DNA of 64,000 bases, from IMG/VR virus record IMGVR_UViG_3300020036_004254. One strand, given 5' to 3'. The notes beneath the pieces were generated by a model. That model saw only the letters and a list, made by a program, of their open reading frames with translations, searched no databases and was not told the DNA's origin. Positions 24,008 through 32,403 of the stretch are shown here, one piece after another (positions within the stretch are counted from its first letter, which is position 1; each line of letters starts with the position of its first letter). A program made the translations under genes and the position numbers. Source of the DNA: a virus. Its lineage: Duplodnaviria > Caudoviricetes.

Positions 24008-26040
24008 TACATGGTGTTCTGTGGGAACAGTGTTCTGGACACTCGCTTGTCTTGAAATCTCATCAGACTAGGATGTACAGGGCGGATAAACACCACCTGT
24101 GGTTCTGATGAATGTTGTGGTGCTGGTGCTGGTGTTACGTAATTATTTGTCACGTGTGATGGTGGTGGAGTCATTGTTGGGGTCATGGATAGCGTATCAT
24201 CGATGTTCCCTCTGGATACCCCGTCTACCATCCCACTCTGTCGTTGTAAGTTTCTCTGGCTGGTTGCTCTATTCGCCGCTTGCATTTCCGCAAAGGAATT
24301 GAAACCGTGCTGTCTGGCAACATTTGCCGCGTTTTGGTCTACTTCAAGCGAACGGGCGTTTTCTGCCTCATTCATGCGTTCCCCGACCGTTTGCAACCCT
24401 AAACGACGATTTGCCCATCCACCAAGCTTCCACCCACCAACTACCCCTCCTGCCGCGATTGACGCCATTCCTAGACCACGTGCGGCCATTCCAGCAAACC
24501 GTTTGACACCACCCAACATCCCACGCGCTCGGTCCATCAGACTCACGGGTTCTGGTGTTTCCTCAGGAACCTGTGTTGGCTGTGGTGCCGCAGGTTGTGC
24601 CGCCGTTGGTACCGGGGGTGATGCGTTCTTTTGGTCAATATCGGCGTTTACTTTTAATGCTCGGTCGTGCGCTTCATCTTTGTCTTTAATGAAGTTTTTC
24701 TCCTTCATCCGATAATCAATTTTGGCATTTGTGCTTAAAGCTCTGCCATGGACCTTTTCCTTTTCAACTTCCAATGCCTCTGCGTGAGCCACATCCTTAT
24801 CGTGAATATAGGATTCTTCTTTCTTTTTTCTATCAATGTCTTGATTAATCTTTAATGCTTTTTCGTGGTCCTCGTCTCGTGGGGATACGGGTTCTACTGG
24901 TCCTTTTTTGGTACCACTATCCAACATTTTTTCTGCAAGTTTTCTTCCGTCTGGGTTGTTTCCTTTATATCCCAACGCCTTCATGATTTTCTGAATTTCG
25001 TCTTCTCTGGTATCTGCGTTGTTTTCTTGAGTTTTGGTTTTTGCATTGGTTGGTTTTTCTTCCAACAACTCATGAATAGACTTGAGTTCTTCCAAAATAT
25101 CTGAAGAGACAGAATCGTCCTGATTGTCTTCTATCTTGTTGACAGACGCCCGTTCTGCCGCAATACGTCGGGCATTGCGCTGTTCCTCTGCGTTACGCTG
25201 TTCGTCCCGTACCTCATCGGCCCCATCCATTTCCAATGCTTGAGCGTGAATGAGTTCTTTGTCACGAATGGGGTCGTCAGCGATTGGGTTTCCGGCAAAC
25301 AAGGCGTTGTCTCGGATGCGATTTTCCCGAAGGGCTTCCTCGTGAACCGAACCCATTTCCTGTTGTTTGCGCTGTTGTTTGTGCTGACGTACCGCATCAA
25401 AATCGCGGTTATCTTCGTAGGCTTCTTCCTGTAATCGGCGCATTTCCACATTACGCTTTGATTTTTCTAACGCTTCCTCATCCCCAACGGCCTTTTTGAA
25501 TTCGGCTTTGTTGTTATCTGCGCCGAACAAGACCTTGAAATCTTGAAGTGTTTCCTTCATATACGAATGACCCAAGCCACGAGTTCGTGTATCTTGGGGT
25601 TGAATGCCGAGGAAGTTTCTCGCCAACACTTCCTTCATGTTTCTGGGTTGTGCCCGTGGCATAGACAAGTCTTCGCCCATGGCTTTAACTTTATCTACAT
25701 ATACTTTGAGTGCCCGTTTTACGTCTGATTGTGTTGCTTTATTCCAATCTTTTTTCAGAATCAAGTAGAGCTTTGCGGCATGCGAAGCCATCTTTCGGTC
25801 AAACAAATTCAAACTAGCTAGGTTTTTCGGGATAACGCCAAAATCGTCAATAAGCTCCGCAACGATACGTAACCCTTCTACATTCGTTGAGATTTGGGGG
25901 AGCAATGAGCGCAACCCAATCAAAACGTTGATATACTGGTCGTTACGAGCGACAACTCCCTGAATATCCATTTCTGGCTTTATGGGTCGAATTGCCTCTC
26001 GAATGTGCTTAGAAGAACGAACCTTTTTTGGTGTAGACAT
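24007..26040 (-). CDS. putative tail tape-measure/baseplate hub (gp29-like position)
   Basis: 677 aa helical protein with internal H.xAL repeats and a Gly/Ala hydrophobic segment, directly downstream of gp26/gp51. Confidence 0.6.
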   Translation of the reverse strand: MSTPKKVRSSKHIREAIRPIKPEMDIQGVVARNDQYINVLIGLRSLLPQISTNVEGLRIVAELIDDFGVIPKNLASLNLFDRKMASHAAKLYLILKKDWNKATQSDVKRALKVYVDKVKAMGEDLSMPRAQPRNMKEVLARNFLGIQPQDTRTRGLGHSYMKETLQDFKVLFGADNNKAEFKKAVGDEEALEKSKRNVEMRRLQEEAYEDNRDFDAVRQHKQQRKQQEMGSVHEEALRENRIRDNALFAGNPIADDPIRDKELIHAQALEMDGADEVRDEQRNAEEQRNARRIAAERASVNKIEDNQDDSVSSDILEELKSIHELLEEKPTNAKTKTQENNADTREDEIQKIMKALGYKGNNPDGRKLAEKMLDSGTKKGPVEPVSPRDEDHEKALKINQDIDRKKKEESYIHDKDVAHAEALEVEKEKVHGRALSTNAKIDYRMKEKNFIKDKDEAHDRALKVNADIDQKNASPPVPTAAQPAAPQPTQVPEETPEPVSLMDRARGMLGGVKRFAGMAARGLGMASIAAGGVVGGWKLGGWANRRLGLQTVGERMNEAENARSLEVDQNAANVARQHGFNSFAEMQAANRATSQRNLQRQSGMVDGVSRGNIDDTLSMTPTMTPPPSHVTNNYVTPAPAPQHSSEPQVVFIRPVHPSLMRFQDKRVSRTLFPQNTM

Positions 26041-26048
26041 GGAAATAC

Positions 26049-26162
26049 CTATTCTGAATTATTCTTTTTCTTGATATGGTCGATAAGCAACCCGATAAAC
26101 ACTTCTCTTTCCCACGGCATCATACTTTCTACTTCGGATAGCGAATATTTGTGAAGTTGCAT
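26049..26162 (-). CDS. 51: gp51-like baseplate hub assembly segment (probably expressed by frameshift from gp26-like gene)
   Basis: MQLHKYSLSEVESMMPWEREVFIGLL..HI. Confidence 0.75.
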   Translation of the reverse strand: MQLHKYSLSEVESMMPWEREVFIGLLIDHIKKKNNSE

Positions 26163-26212
26163 CAACAAAAAGTTGGTTTTGTAGAAATTAGCCGAGTTAT
26201 CGTGAGAAAGAG

Positions 26213-26917
26213 TTACACGAAAAAATTGTTGATTCCACCAATAACAACGTCATTATCCGTTCCACATCGTTCGCATTGATATTCTTTACTACACTGAAGC
26301 AGGGGCATGGTTGCGAAAAACGATTCTACCTTATCGTACTGTGTCGGGAGTAACCCTTCAATGAAGTTCTGTACATCCTGACGATTATCGGCCTTGGTTT
26401 TAATAACCTCGTCCTTGGTTATAATACTATCGACGCAGTCGATGACAATCGCATCTACATTTTCATCATTTTCAGTTTCCCCAAACATGATGTTGAAGTG
26501 ATGGAGTGTTGGATACTTCATCAACAACCGAACTTCTTCATCAATAGGAACGTTTGGTGAATGGGACTCGTTTACGATAAGCTTGAAATCATCAATTCGT
26601 GTAACAGCGGTTGTGCGATGTCCACACTTCCCGCACACCAGAAAATACTCAATCTCTTCACCAACCGATTTCCCACGAATGGCAAGAAAGGCGTACTGTA
26701 CATCGAACATCGGGCTGGTGTCTGCATTAACAACACCATCTGTACAATCTCGTACCACATCACCAACGGTACGAATAATCATTTCTCTATCACCCGAATC
26801 CTTTGCCATAATCAACAACTTTTCTTCTTTGACCAAAAACGGTCTGTAATCCACAACTTTTTTGGTGAACGGCAACGTCATCTGATATCGCGGCACTTTG
26901 ACTAATGGTATAGACAT
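26213..26917 (-). CDS. 26: baseplate hub assembly protein (gp26-like)
   Basis: YRPFLVKEEKLL, FD.QY.FL.IRGKSVGE, CGKC, MKYP, FF.TMP, CERC. Confidence 0.85.
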   Translation of the reverse strand: MSIPLVKVPRYQMTLPFTKKVVDYRPFLVKEEKLLIMAKDSGDREMIIRTVGDVVRDCTDGVVNADTSPMFDVQYAFLAIRGKSVGEEIEYFLVCGKCGHRTTAVTRIDDFKLIVNESHSPNVPIDEEVRLLMKYPTLHHFNIMFGETENDENVDAIVIDCVDSIITKDEVIKTKADNRQDVQNFIEGLLPTQYDKVESFFATMPLLQCSKEYQCERCGTDNDVVIGGINNFFV

Positions 26918-26932
26918 ATAATCCTCAAATGT

Positions 26933-27703
26933 TTAGAATGATTGTGTAATTCCAGAACCAGACACTCTACCAGTTCTGTCAAAAAATGTATCGGTTGGGC
27001 TTCTTCGGCGTTGTTCTGGTGCGGACAATCGTGAAATGATATCTTGTTGTGTTGCACCACCACCACGCTCGGCAAACTGGGAACTGGGCACTTCCGATGA
27101 TAGGAGGATGTCTTCCCACCATTTGAATGTAATACCAACCGTCAAGCGATGGTACCCCTCTGCCCCACTAGACATTTCTTGGTTTTCAAGAACGGTGGGC
27201 CACGCTTCACGTAGTTTGATTCCGTACAATGTAGTTTCTGCGTTCTTGGTAGAATCGGTTTCAAAAATCGGGGTGAGTGAATATATGTTTATTTCACCAA
27301 TGTAGTCTTTGTAAAACCCAACCTCTCTGGGTCTGGACCCACCGATTGTCATGGGGTTTACGGCCAAGGACATCCATTGGTTGAAAAAGTCTTTCACAGA
27401 CCACGTATTGTCTACCAGAAATCGAAAAGTAATCATGCGATTTTTGTAATCCACATGACTGGCGCGTTGCTCGGTCAAGGCATTGATGCGAAGAGAACGA
27501 GTTTCGATGATTTTCCCGGGGAAGGTGGCTTCTTCACACATCATTCCAATGGTATTGTTTTGGTTGGAAATAGAAGGGATACCACCACCCAGCGTGAGAC
27601 GCGGTGGAAAAAATTCAACCAAGAATCGATTTCGACGCGCAAATCCCGTGTTCCGGGCTTTGGAAATGAAATCTTGAAGACTGGGGATAAAAAGTTCTGC
27701 CAT
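26933..27703 (-). CDS. 54: baseplate tail-tube initiator (gp54-like)
   Basis: GFARRNRFLV, CEEATFPG, FFNQW, L.EAWP; tail-tube fold pattern. Confidence 0.75.
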   Translation of the reverse strand: MAELFIPSLQDFISKARNTGFARRNRFLVEFFPPRLTLGGGIPSISNQNNTIGMMCEEATFPGKIIETRSLRINALTEQRASHVDYKNRMITFRFLVDNTWSVKDFFNQWMSLAVNPMTIGGSRPREVGFYKDYIGEINIYSLTPIFETDSTKNAETTLYGIKLREAWPTVLENQEMSSGAEGYHRLTVGITFKWWEDILLSSEVPSSQFAERGGGATQQDIISRLSAPEQRRRSPTDTFFDRTGRVSGSGITQSF

Positions 27704-27712
27704 GTCAGTTCC

Positions 27713-28273
27713 TTATAGATAAGCGGTGTATTTACTTTGTTTCACAAACCGTTCTACGGGTAACATAATTGTTGTCTTCCAGTCTTCTTCTTGTATAGCC
27801 AAGAAATATTGGTTTTTGACATGGCTGTACAGATAGCGTTTGACACAATGTTCTGCAAACATACTTGCATGGGCCACCAATGCCGCCCACGTTATCCCCT
27901 CAGAGTTTTGAATGGCCATGATGGTTCTCAAAAACGCCATTCGGTCATGCGGATTGAGATAGTGAAAATTCACCCCAGTAAACCCATCTGGATGCATTCG
28001 AAACGGAATCACCAAGGGAAATGCGTCCCAATGCGGAAGGGTTTTCTCGTGCTTGGGGTGATAGTAAAACAACGACATGCGCCCAATGCCCACCCCGTTC
28101 ATTCCCATACCCAAACCACTTCGCATAACTTTTTGTGGGGTGATGTTTTTCAATCCGTACCCAAGTTGTCGAATTTGGTCCTGATACCAACGTACCGAGC
28201 GAATAGGATTACCCTTAAGGGCATCCTCGCGCAAATGGACAAAGGGATGTGGTTTGGTTCTACGAATGGACAT
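27713..28273 (-). CDS. 2: DNA end protector gp2
   Basis: YHPKHEKTLPHWDAFPLV, GVNFHYL, CVKRYL.SHV, LPVERF. Confidence 0.9.
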   Translation of the reverse strand: MSIRRTKPHPFVHLREDALKGNPIRSVRWYQDQIRQLGYGLKNITPQKVMRSGLGMGMNGVGIGRMSLFYYHPKHEKTLPHWDAFPLVIPFRMHPDGFTGVNFHYLNPHDRMAFLRTIMAIQNSEGITWAALVAHASMFAEHCVKRYLYSHVKNQYFLAIQEEDWKTTIMLPVERFVKQSKYTAYL

Positions 28274-28366
28274 AGGGGGGTTGACAAAGAATCTTCAGAT
28301 GCATAAACAGGGTGTAACCGTGTGAGGCAGTAGTTCCAAGGATGAGTATAAGGTTATTTATGGTGA

Positions 28367-28951
28367 TTAAGATGAGACTGTCGAATCTTCTGTTAGTTTA
28401 CGTCCCCGCAACGAATTGCGGATACGTTCTTTGGACTCCTGAGATAATGTAGCACCCGTTCTCGTGGGGTGTCCCCTTCTACTATTCGAAATATTCTTTC
28501 GTGTTTCTATGGGTGTTGATAACCCCCGATTCCAAGTGACACACCCCTTCTTCGCTCTTGAAATCGCTTCACAGTGGGATTTTGACCGCTTCCTGCCCTT
28601 AAGCGAATTTGAGATTTTCATTTTATGTTGTTCAGTCATGGCCCCCGCGTGATGAAAAGGACCGTTGAAAAGAGATTGATTTAACCATTCAACTCTTTCG
28701 TGAAGTCGCATCTTGGCTATGACTTTCTGCTCCCAATCAAATGCGTCGGGACCACTAGAAAAAGTTTTTCGTATTTCAAATTTGAACGACTCTTTACCAA
28801 ATTGTGATATGAGTGATTTAACCTTTTTTGAACTAGAAAAATACGTTCTCCAAAGGTTGTTGGGGTGCGCTTTTTTACCATGCTGAACCCCGTAATACTT
28901 CAGTCCAGTTGGAATATGGTAAAGAAGATAAGTGTATGGAGTTGGTGTCAT
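28367..28951 (-). CDS. GIY-YIG-type homing endonuclease with NUMOD3 repeats
   Basis: PYTYLLYHIPTGLKYYGVQ...YFSSS...WEQKV...WLNQ; paralog of 17694-18287. Confidence 0.88.
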   Translation of the reverse strand: MTPTPYTYLLYHIPTGLKYYGVQHGKKAHPNNLWRTYFSSSKKVKSLISQFGKESFKFEIRKTFSSGPDAFDWEQKVIAKMRLHERVEWLNQSLFNGPFHHAGAMTEQHKMKISNSLKGRKRSKSHCEAISRAKKGCVTWNRGLSTPIETRKNISNSRRGHPTRTGATLSQESKERIRNSLRGRKLTEDSTVSS

Positions 28952-29403
28952 GATATTATATCCAAATCTTTTTCTGTTATAAGCATGAATTGCATATCGT
29001 TTGCGTCAGCGAATTTCGTGGCCGCTTTCCATTTTGCTAGGTTGATGCCCCACTGCTTTACCTCGGCAACAAACCGCTGTGTCTTCCGTTTAGGAATCGT
29101 TGGCTCCTTCGTGAAGCGCGAGGGCTTTACTTCAACAATATATTTTTGAATTTTGCCCGATTTTGTTCTGATTTTAATGTAGAAGTCAACAAAGTATCGG
29201 TGCATCTGACTATCGATAGGACTCTTGTAGGGAACTACCACTTCCTCACTCCCCCACTCCAATACATTGGTGTTCAAATCACACCATTTCATGAAACGAA
29301 TTTCGTAAGAAGACCGATAGACGATATTCATAAAATCCCCACGATATTTCTGGGGATTTTGAGGTTGGAATTTTCCTTTGTAGCAATCTTTTCTATACGC
29401 CAT
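28948..29403 (-). CDS. 4: head completion nuclease gp4
   Basis: KY.GD..NIVYRSS.E, W.SEE, HRYFVDF, EVKP, N.AKW.AA, ITEKDL. Confidence 0.92.
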   Translation of the reverse strand: MAYRKDCYKGKFQPQNPQKYRGDFMNIVYRSSYEIRFMKWCDLNTNVLEWGSEEVVVPYKSPIDSQMHRYFVDFYIKIRTKSGKIQKYIVEVKPSRFTKEPTIPKRKTQRFVAEVKQWGINLAKWKAATKFADANDMQFMLITEKDLDIIS

Positions 29404-29412
29404 GAAATACCA

Positions 29413-29451
29413 TATAAATAGAGGATAAACCTTCTTTCACGAGTATTTATG
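29413..29451. promoter_or_regulatory. divergent T4-type late promoters
   Basis: TATAAATA (+) at 29413-29420; CATAAATA (-) at 29444-29451. Confidence 0.7.
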
Positions 29452-30522
29452 GCCGAAACTAAATCTGCTGACCTAATTTTCAACTCAGCCGCGATTAGAC
29501 AAGGAACAGACGAAACGGGTGGATTCAACGTCATTCGGTATCCTCAGGATTTAGCGACCCCGCAACATCCTCATTACGTCATGTTTTTCATCAATGTCCG
29601 CGAATCTGACATTCGGGGAATGGCCAACGCCCCGTTGACCATGAATGTTAAGTTTGACAATACTCAAGCAAATCGACCAAACACTGAAGGTGATTTGGGT
29701 GTACTGCCCACAATTGCTGGCGCACAGGTGGGGTTTGCTGGTGGATTTTTTGGTGGTCGTTTTGCTTCAGAGACGGGTCGTCAGGGAGCGGCGTTGCGTT
29801 TGGGGGCGGCTGGTGCGGTAGTCGGTGCGGCACTTGGTGCTGGTGCTGGTGCGCTCGCCGCAACTCAGCTTGACCGTTCTCAAGTGTTGCTCAAAGATGT
29901 TATCGCCTTGTACATGGCGGGAAAACCAGTTGCGAGCTATGAGGCCGCATGGGGTGAAGAAGATTTGGGGTTGGTTGGTGCATTTGCCGACAGTGCCAAC
30001 CCCTTGAACAGCCTTTCTGAAGCAGGTAATCTCGCCGGGGCACTGATGATGAAAGGTTCAGAAAGTGCTGGAAGTAGATTGATTGGAAATGCTGGTCGTG
30101 CGATACAAGGCACTGCGGCCATGACACCAAACCCCTTCAAAGCACAGTTGTTCAAAAACATGAAGTTTCGTACTTTTTCTTTTGAGTATACGTTTCTTCC
30201 CAAAGACGAAAACGAATATACCTCGGTGAAACGTATTATCAACCTGTTCAAAAAGTACATGCACCCGAGTCTGGGACCGGGAAAGTTCATTACAAAGTAC
30301 CCGGGTGAATTTTCTATTGCCTACTACTACAAAAATGCGGTCAACGCCGAGTTGTTTCGTATTTCAAACTGTGCCTTGACCAGTTTGACCACGGAGTTTG
30401 GTGGGTCTGATTTTGTCACGTTTCGTGGAAAAGATGGTGCCCCGACAGAAATTACATTAAAGATGAGATTTGTTGAACTTGAAATGTTGACTCAGGAACG
30501 ATTCAACACCAGAGGATTTTAA
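29449..30522 (+). CDS. 48: baseplate tail-tube cap gp48
   Basis: RYP.DL, IALYM, NP....F....RTFSF.YTF.PK, F.ELE; synteny. Confidence 0.85.
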   Translation: MAETKSADLIFNSAAIRQGTDETGGFNVIRYPQDLATPQHPHYVMFFINVRESDIRGMANAPLTMNVKFDNTQANRPNTEGDLGVLPTIAGAQVGFAGGFFGGRFASETGRQGAALRLGAAGAVVGAALGAGAGALAATQLDRSQVLLKDVIALYMAGKPVASYEAAWGEEDLGLVGAFADSANPLNSLSEAGNLAGALMMKGSESAGSRLIGNAGRAIQGTAAMTPNPFKAQLFKNMKFRTFSFEYTFLPKDENEYTSVKRIINLFKKYMHPSLGPGKFITKYPGEFSIAYYYKNAVNAELFRISNCALTSLTTEFGGSDFVTFRGKDGAPTEITLKMRFVELEMLTQERFNTRGF

Positions 30523-30524
30523 TC

Positions 30525-31046
30525 ATGACGTACTTTAGCAAGTTTCCGTTGTATTTGACCACCGCTGGGTTTCGTGGGGCCATTGGAACTACTACCACGG
30601 AGAAAAATCAACTTATTATCACCGATTTTTTCCGACGCATTCGGACGGGAAAGGAATTTGTTGATGTGTCTACAGGCGTCATTCCGTTTGCCGTGCAGGA
30701 TGGGTACACCCCAGAGCGTCTTGCCCATGAGTTCTATGGGTCAGCGTATTATCATTGGGTCATTCTCTTGGTGAACAACATCGTAAACCCCAGAGAAGAA
30801 TGGCCGATGGATATTGACCAGTTCAACGAGTTTATGGCAGACAACTATGAGGATGCAATAGAGGTTCACCATTACATCGACCCTGTGAGCGGGTTTGTGG
30901 TGGACGCTGATTTTTCTGGTGCCGTCCCGGTTACCAATCTGGAATATGAAGAAACGATTAACGAGCAAAAACGGCACATCAAAATGCTGGATTCCAAATA
31001 TCTTCAACAATTTGTCACGATGTTCGATAACTTAATCATTAGATAA
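30525..31046 (+). CDS. 53: baseplate wedge gp53
   Basis: YFSKFP, TPE.LA..FYG...YHWVILL.N, YEE.INE.KR.IK. Confidence 0.9.
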   Translation: MTYFSKFPLYLTTAGFRGAIGTTTTEKNQLIITDFFRRIRTGKEFVDVSTGVIPFAVQDGYTPERLAHEFYGSAYYHWVILLVNNIVNPREEWPMDIDQFNEFMADNYEDAIEVHHYIDPVSGFVVDADFSGAVPVTNLEYEETINEQKRHIKMLDSKYLQQFVTMFDNLIIR

Positions 31047-32401
31047 TGACTATACCGTTTATACCCAGCATCGATATCAACCTCGAACACATTAACGAAC
31101 CCGGGGATGTTATCACGGAAGCGATTGTCATCACCAAGGACAATGGCGATTCATATAACATTGCCAATTTCTGTATTGAAACGGTGTTGTTTGAGGATAT
31201 TTTTTCCAACACCTTAATGGGTCATATCTATGTGCGGGATGCCGCGAATCTTATCACCATGATTCCGTTGGTGGGAACGGAGACAGTCACTTTTTCGTTT
31301 CGGACCCCAACACTCACCGAAAGCATTCGCAAGACCTTCAAGATTGTTTCAGTGGATGACCGTGTGTTTACCAAAACCGATGTGGAACAGGGGTATACCA
31401 TTTCATTCATTTCAATGGAAGCCTATGTAGATAACGTAAGTGCATTATCGAAGAAGTTTTCTGGAAGTACCGATGCGGTGGTCAAAAAGATATTTCAAGA
31501 GCATCTCAGCGTGAAGCGCGTAGTTGGAAACACAAACTCTTCCAACACCGATTTGATTACCAGCGGTAGACCTCACGGGTCATCGGTTTCGTTTGTGGCG
31601 TGTTCGTGGAGTCCATTAAAGTGCATTAACTGGGTAGCGAACAGAAGTTTTGGGAACTCTGGGGAAGCCCCATCCTTCTTGTTTTTTGAAACGAACAAGG
31701 CGTTCAAGTTCATGAGCATTGAGGAGTTAATAGACCAACAACGATTGGCGGGTGGAGTATTTTCTGAATACACCTATTCACCAAACTACGCATCAAAGAT
31801 TACAAACCCGGAAAGCGGTTTTCTGTATTCTAAACCGGAACTGGCCAAGCAATATAACATTATTCGACACATTTCGCCCTATAGCTATTTCAACACGCTG
31901 GATGGGCAAGATATGGGGTATTTTGCAGGCACGTTGATTACTCAAGATTCGACGTTGAAAACGTATCAAGAGTTTCCCTACGACCATTACAATCAATACA
32001 AAGATTTTAAACATCTGGAAAACAACCCCAGCTATTCTTCACGACAGGCGCGTGAAGTGGCGATGAAAAACGTGGTGCGGACCAAGGTATATAAGCTTCA
32101 TGACGATACCACCGACCCTTTGTACGAGAAATGGATGCTTCAGCGCAACTCGTTGTTGCTAGAAGCGACCAAGTTCCATTTGGAAATTGAAGTGCCGGGA
32201 CGAACGGATATAGAAGTGGGAATGCTGATTAACTTTTTATATCCCAAAGCTATCGATAAAAACGATGTGCAGTCAAACAACGTTCTTGACCCATTCATTT
32301 CTGGGTTGTACTTGATAACGGCTATTCGGCATTCATTTAAGTTAAACAAACACACGATGTATTTGGAAATCATGAAAGACTCCTTTAAGAATCCGGTATA
32401 A
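31046..32401 (+). CDS. baseplate hub protein (gp27-like/tail protein)
   Basis: EDIFSN..MG, FLFFET..F.F.SIE, VPG, SGLYLITAIRH; between gp53 and gp5. Confidence 0.75.
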   Translation: MTIPFIPSIDINLEHINEPGDVITEAIVITKDNGDSYNIANFCIETVLFEDIFSNTLMGHIYVRDAANLITMIPLVGTETVTFSFRTPTLTESIRKTFKIVSVDDRVFTKTDVEQGYTISFISMEAYVDNVSALSKKFSGSTDAVVKKIFQEHLSVKRVVGNTNSSNTDLITSGRPHGSSVSFVACSWSPLKCINWVANRSFGNSGEAPSFLFFETNKAFKFMSIEELIDQQRLAGGVFSEYTYSPNYASKITNPESGFLYSKPELAKQYNIIRHISPYSYFNTLDGQDMGYFAGTLITQDSTLKTYQEFPYDHYNQYKDFKHLENNPSYSSRQAREVAMKNVVRTKVYKLHDDTTDPLYEKWMLQRNSLLLEATKFHLEIEVPGRTDIEVGMLINFLYPKAIDKNDVQSNNVLDPFISGLYLITAIRHSFKLNKHTMYLEIMKDSFKNPV

Positions 32402-32403
32402 CT

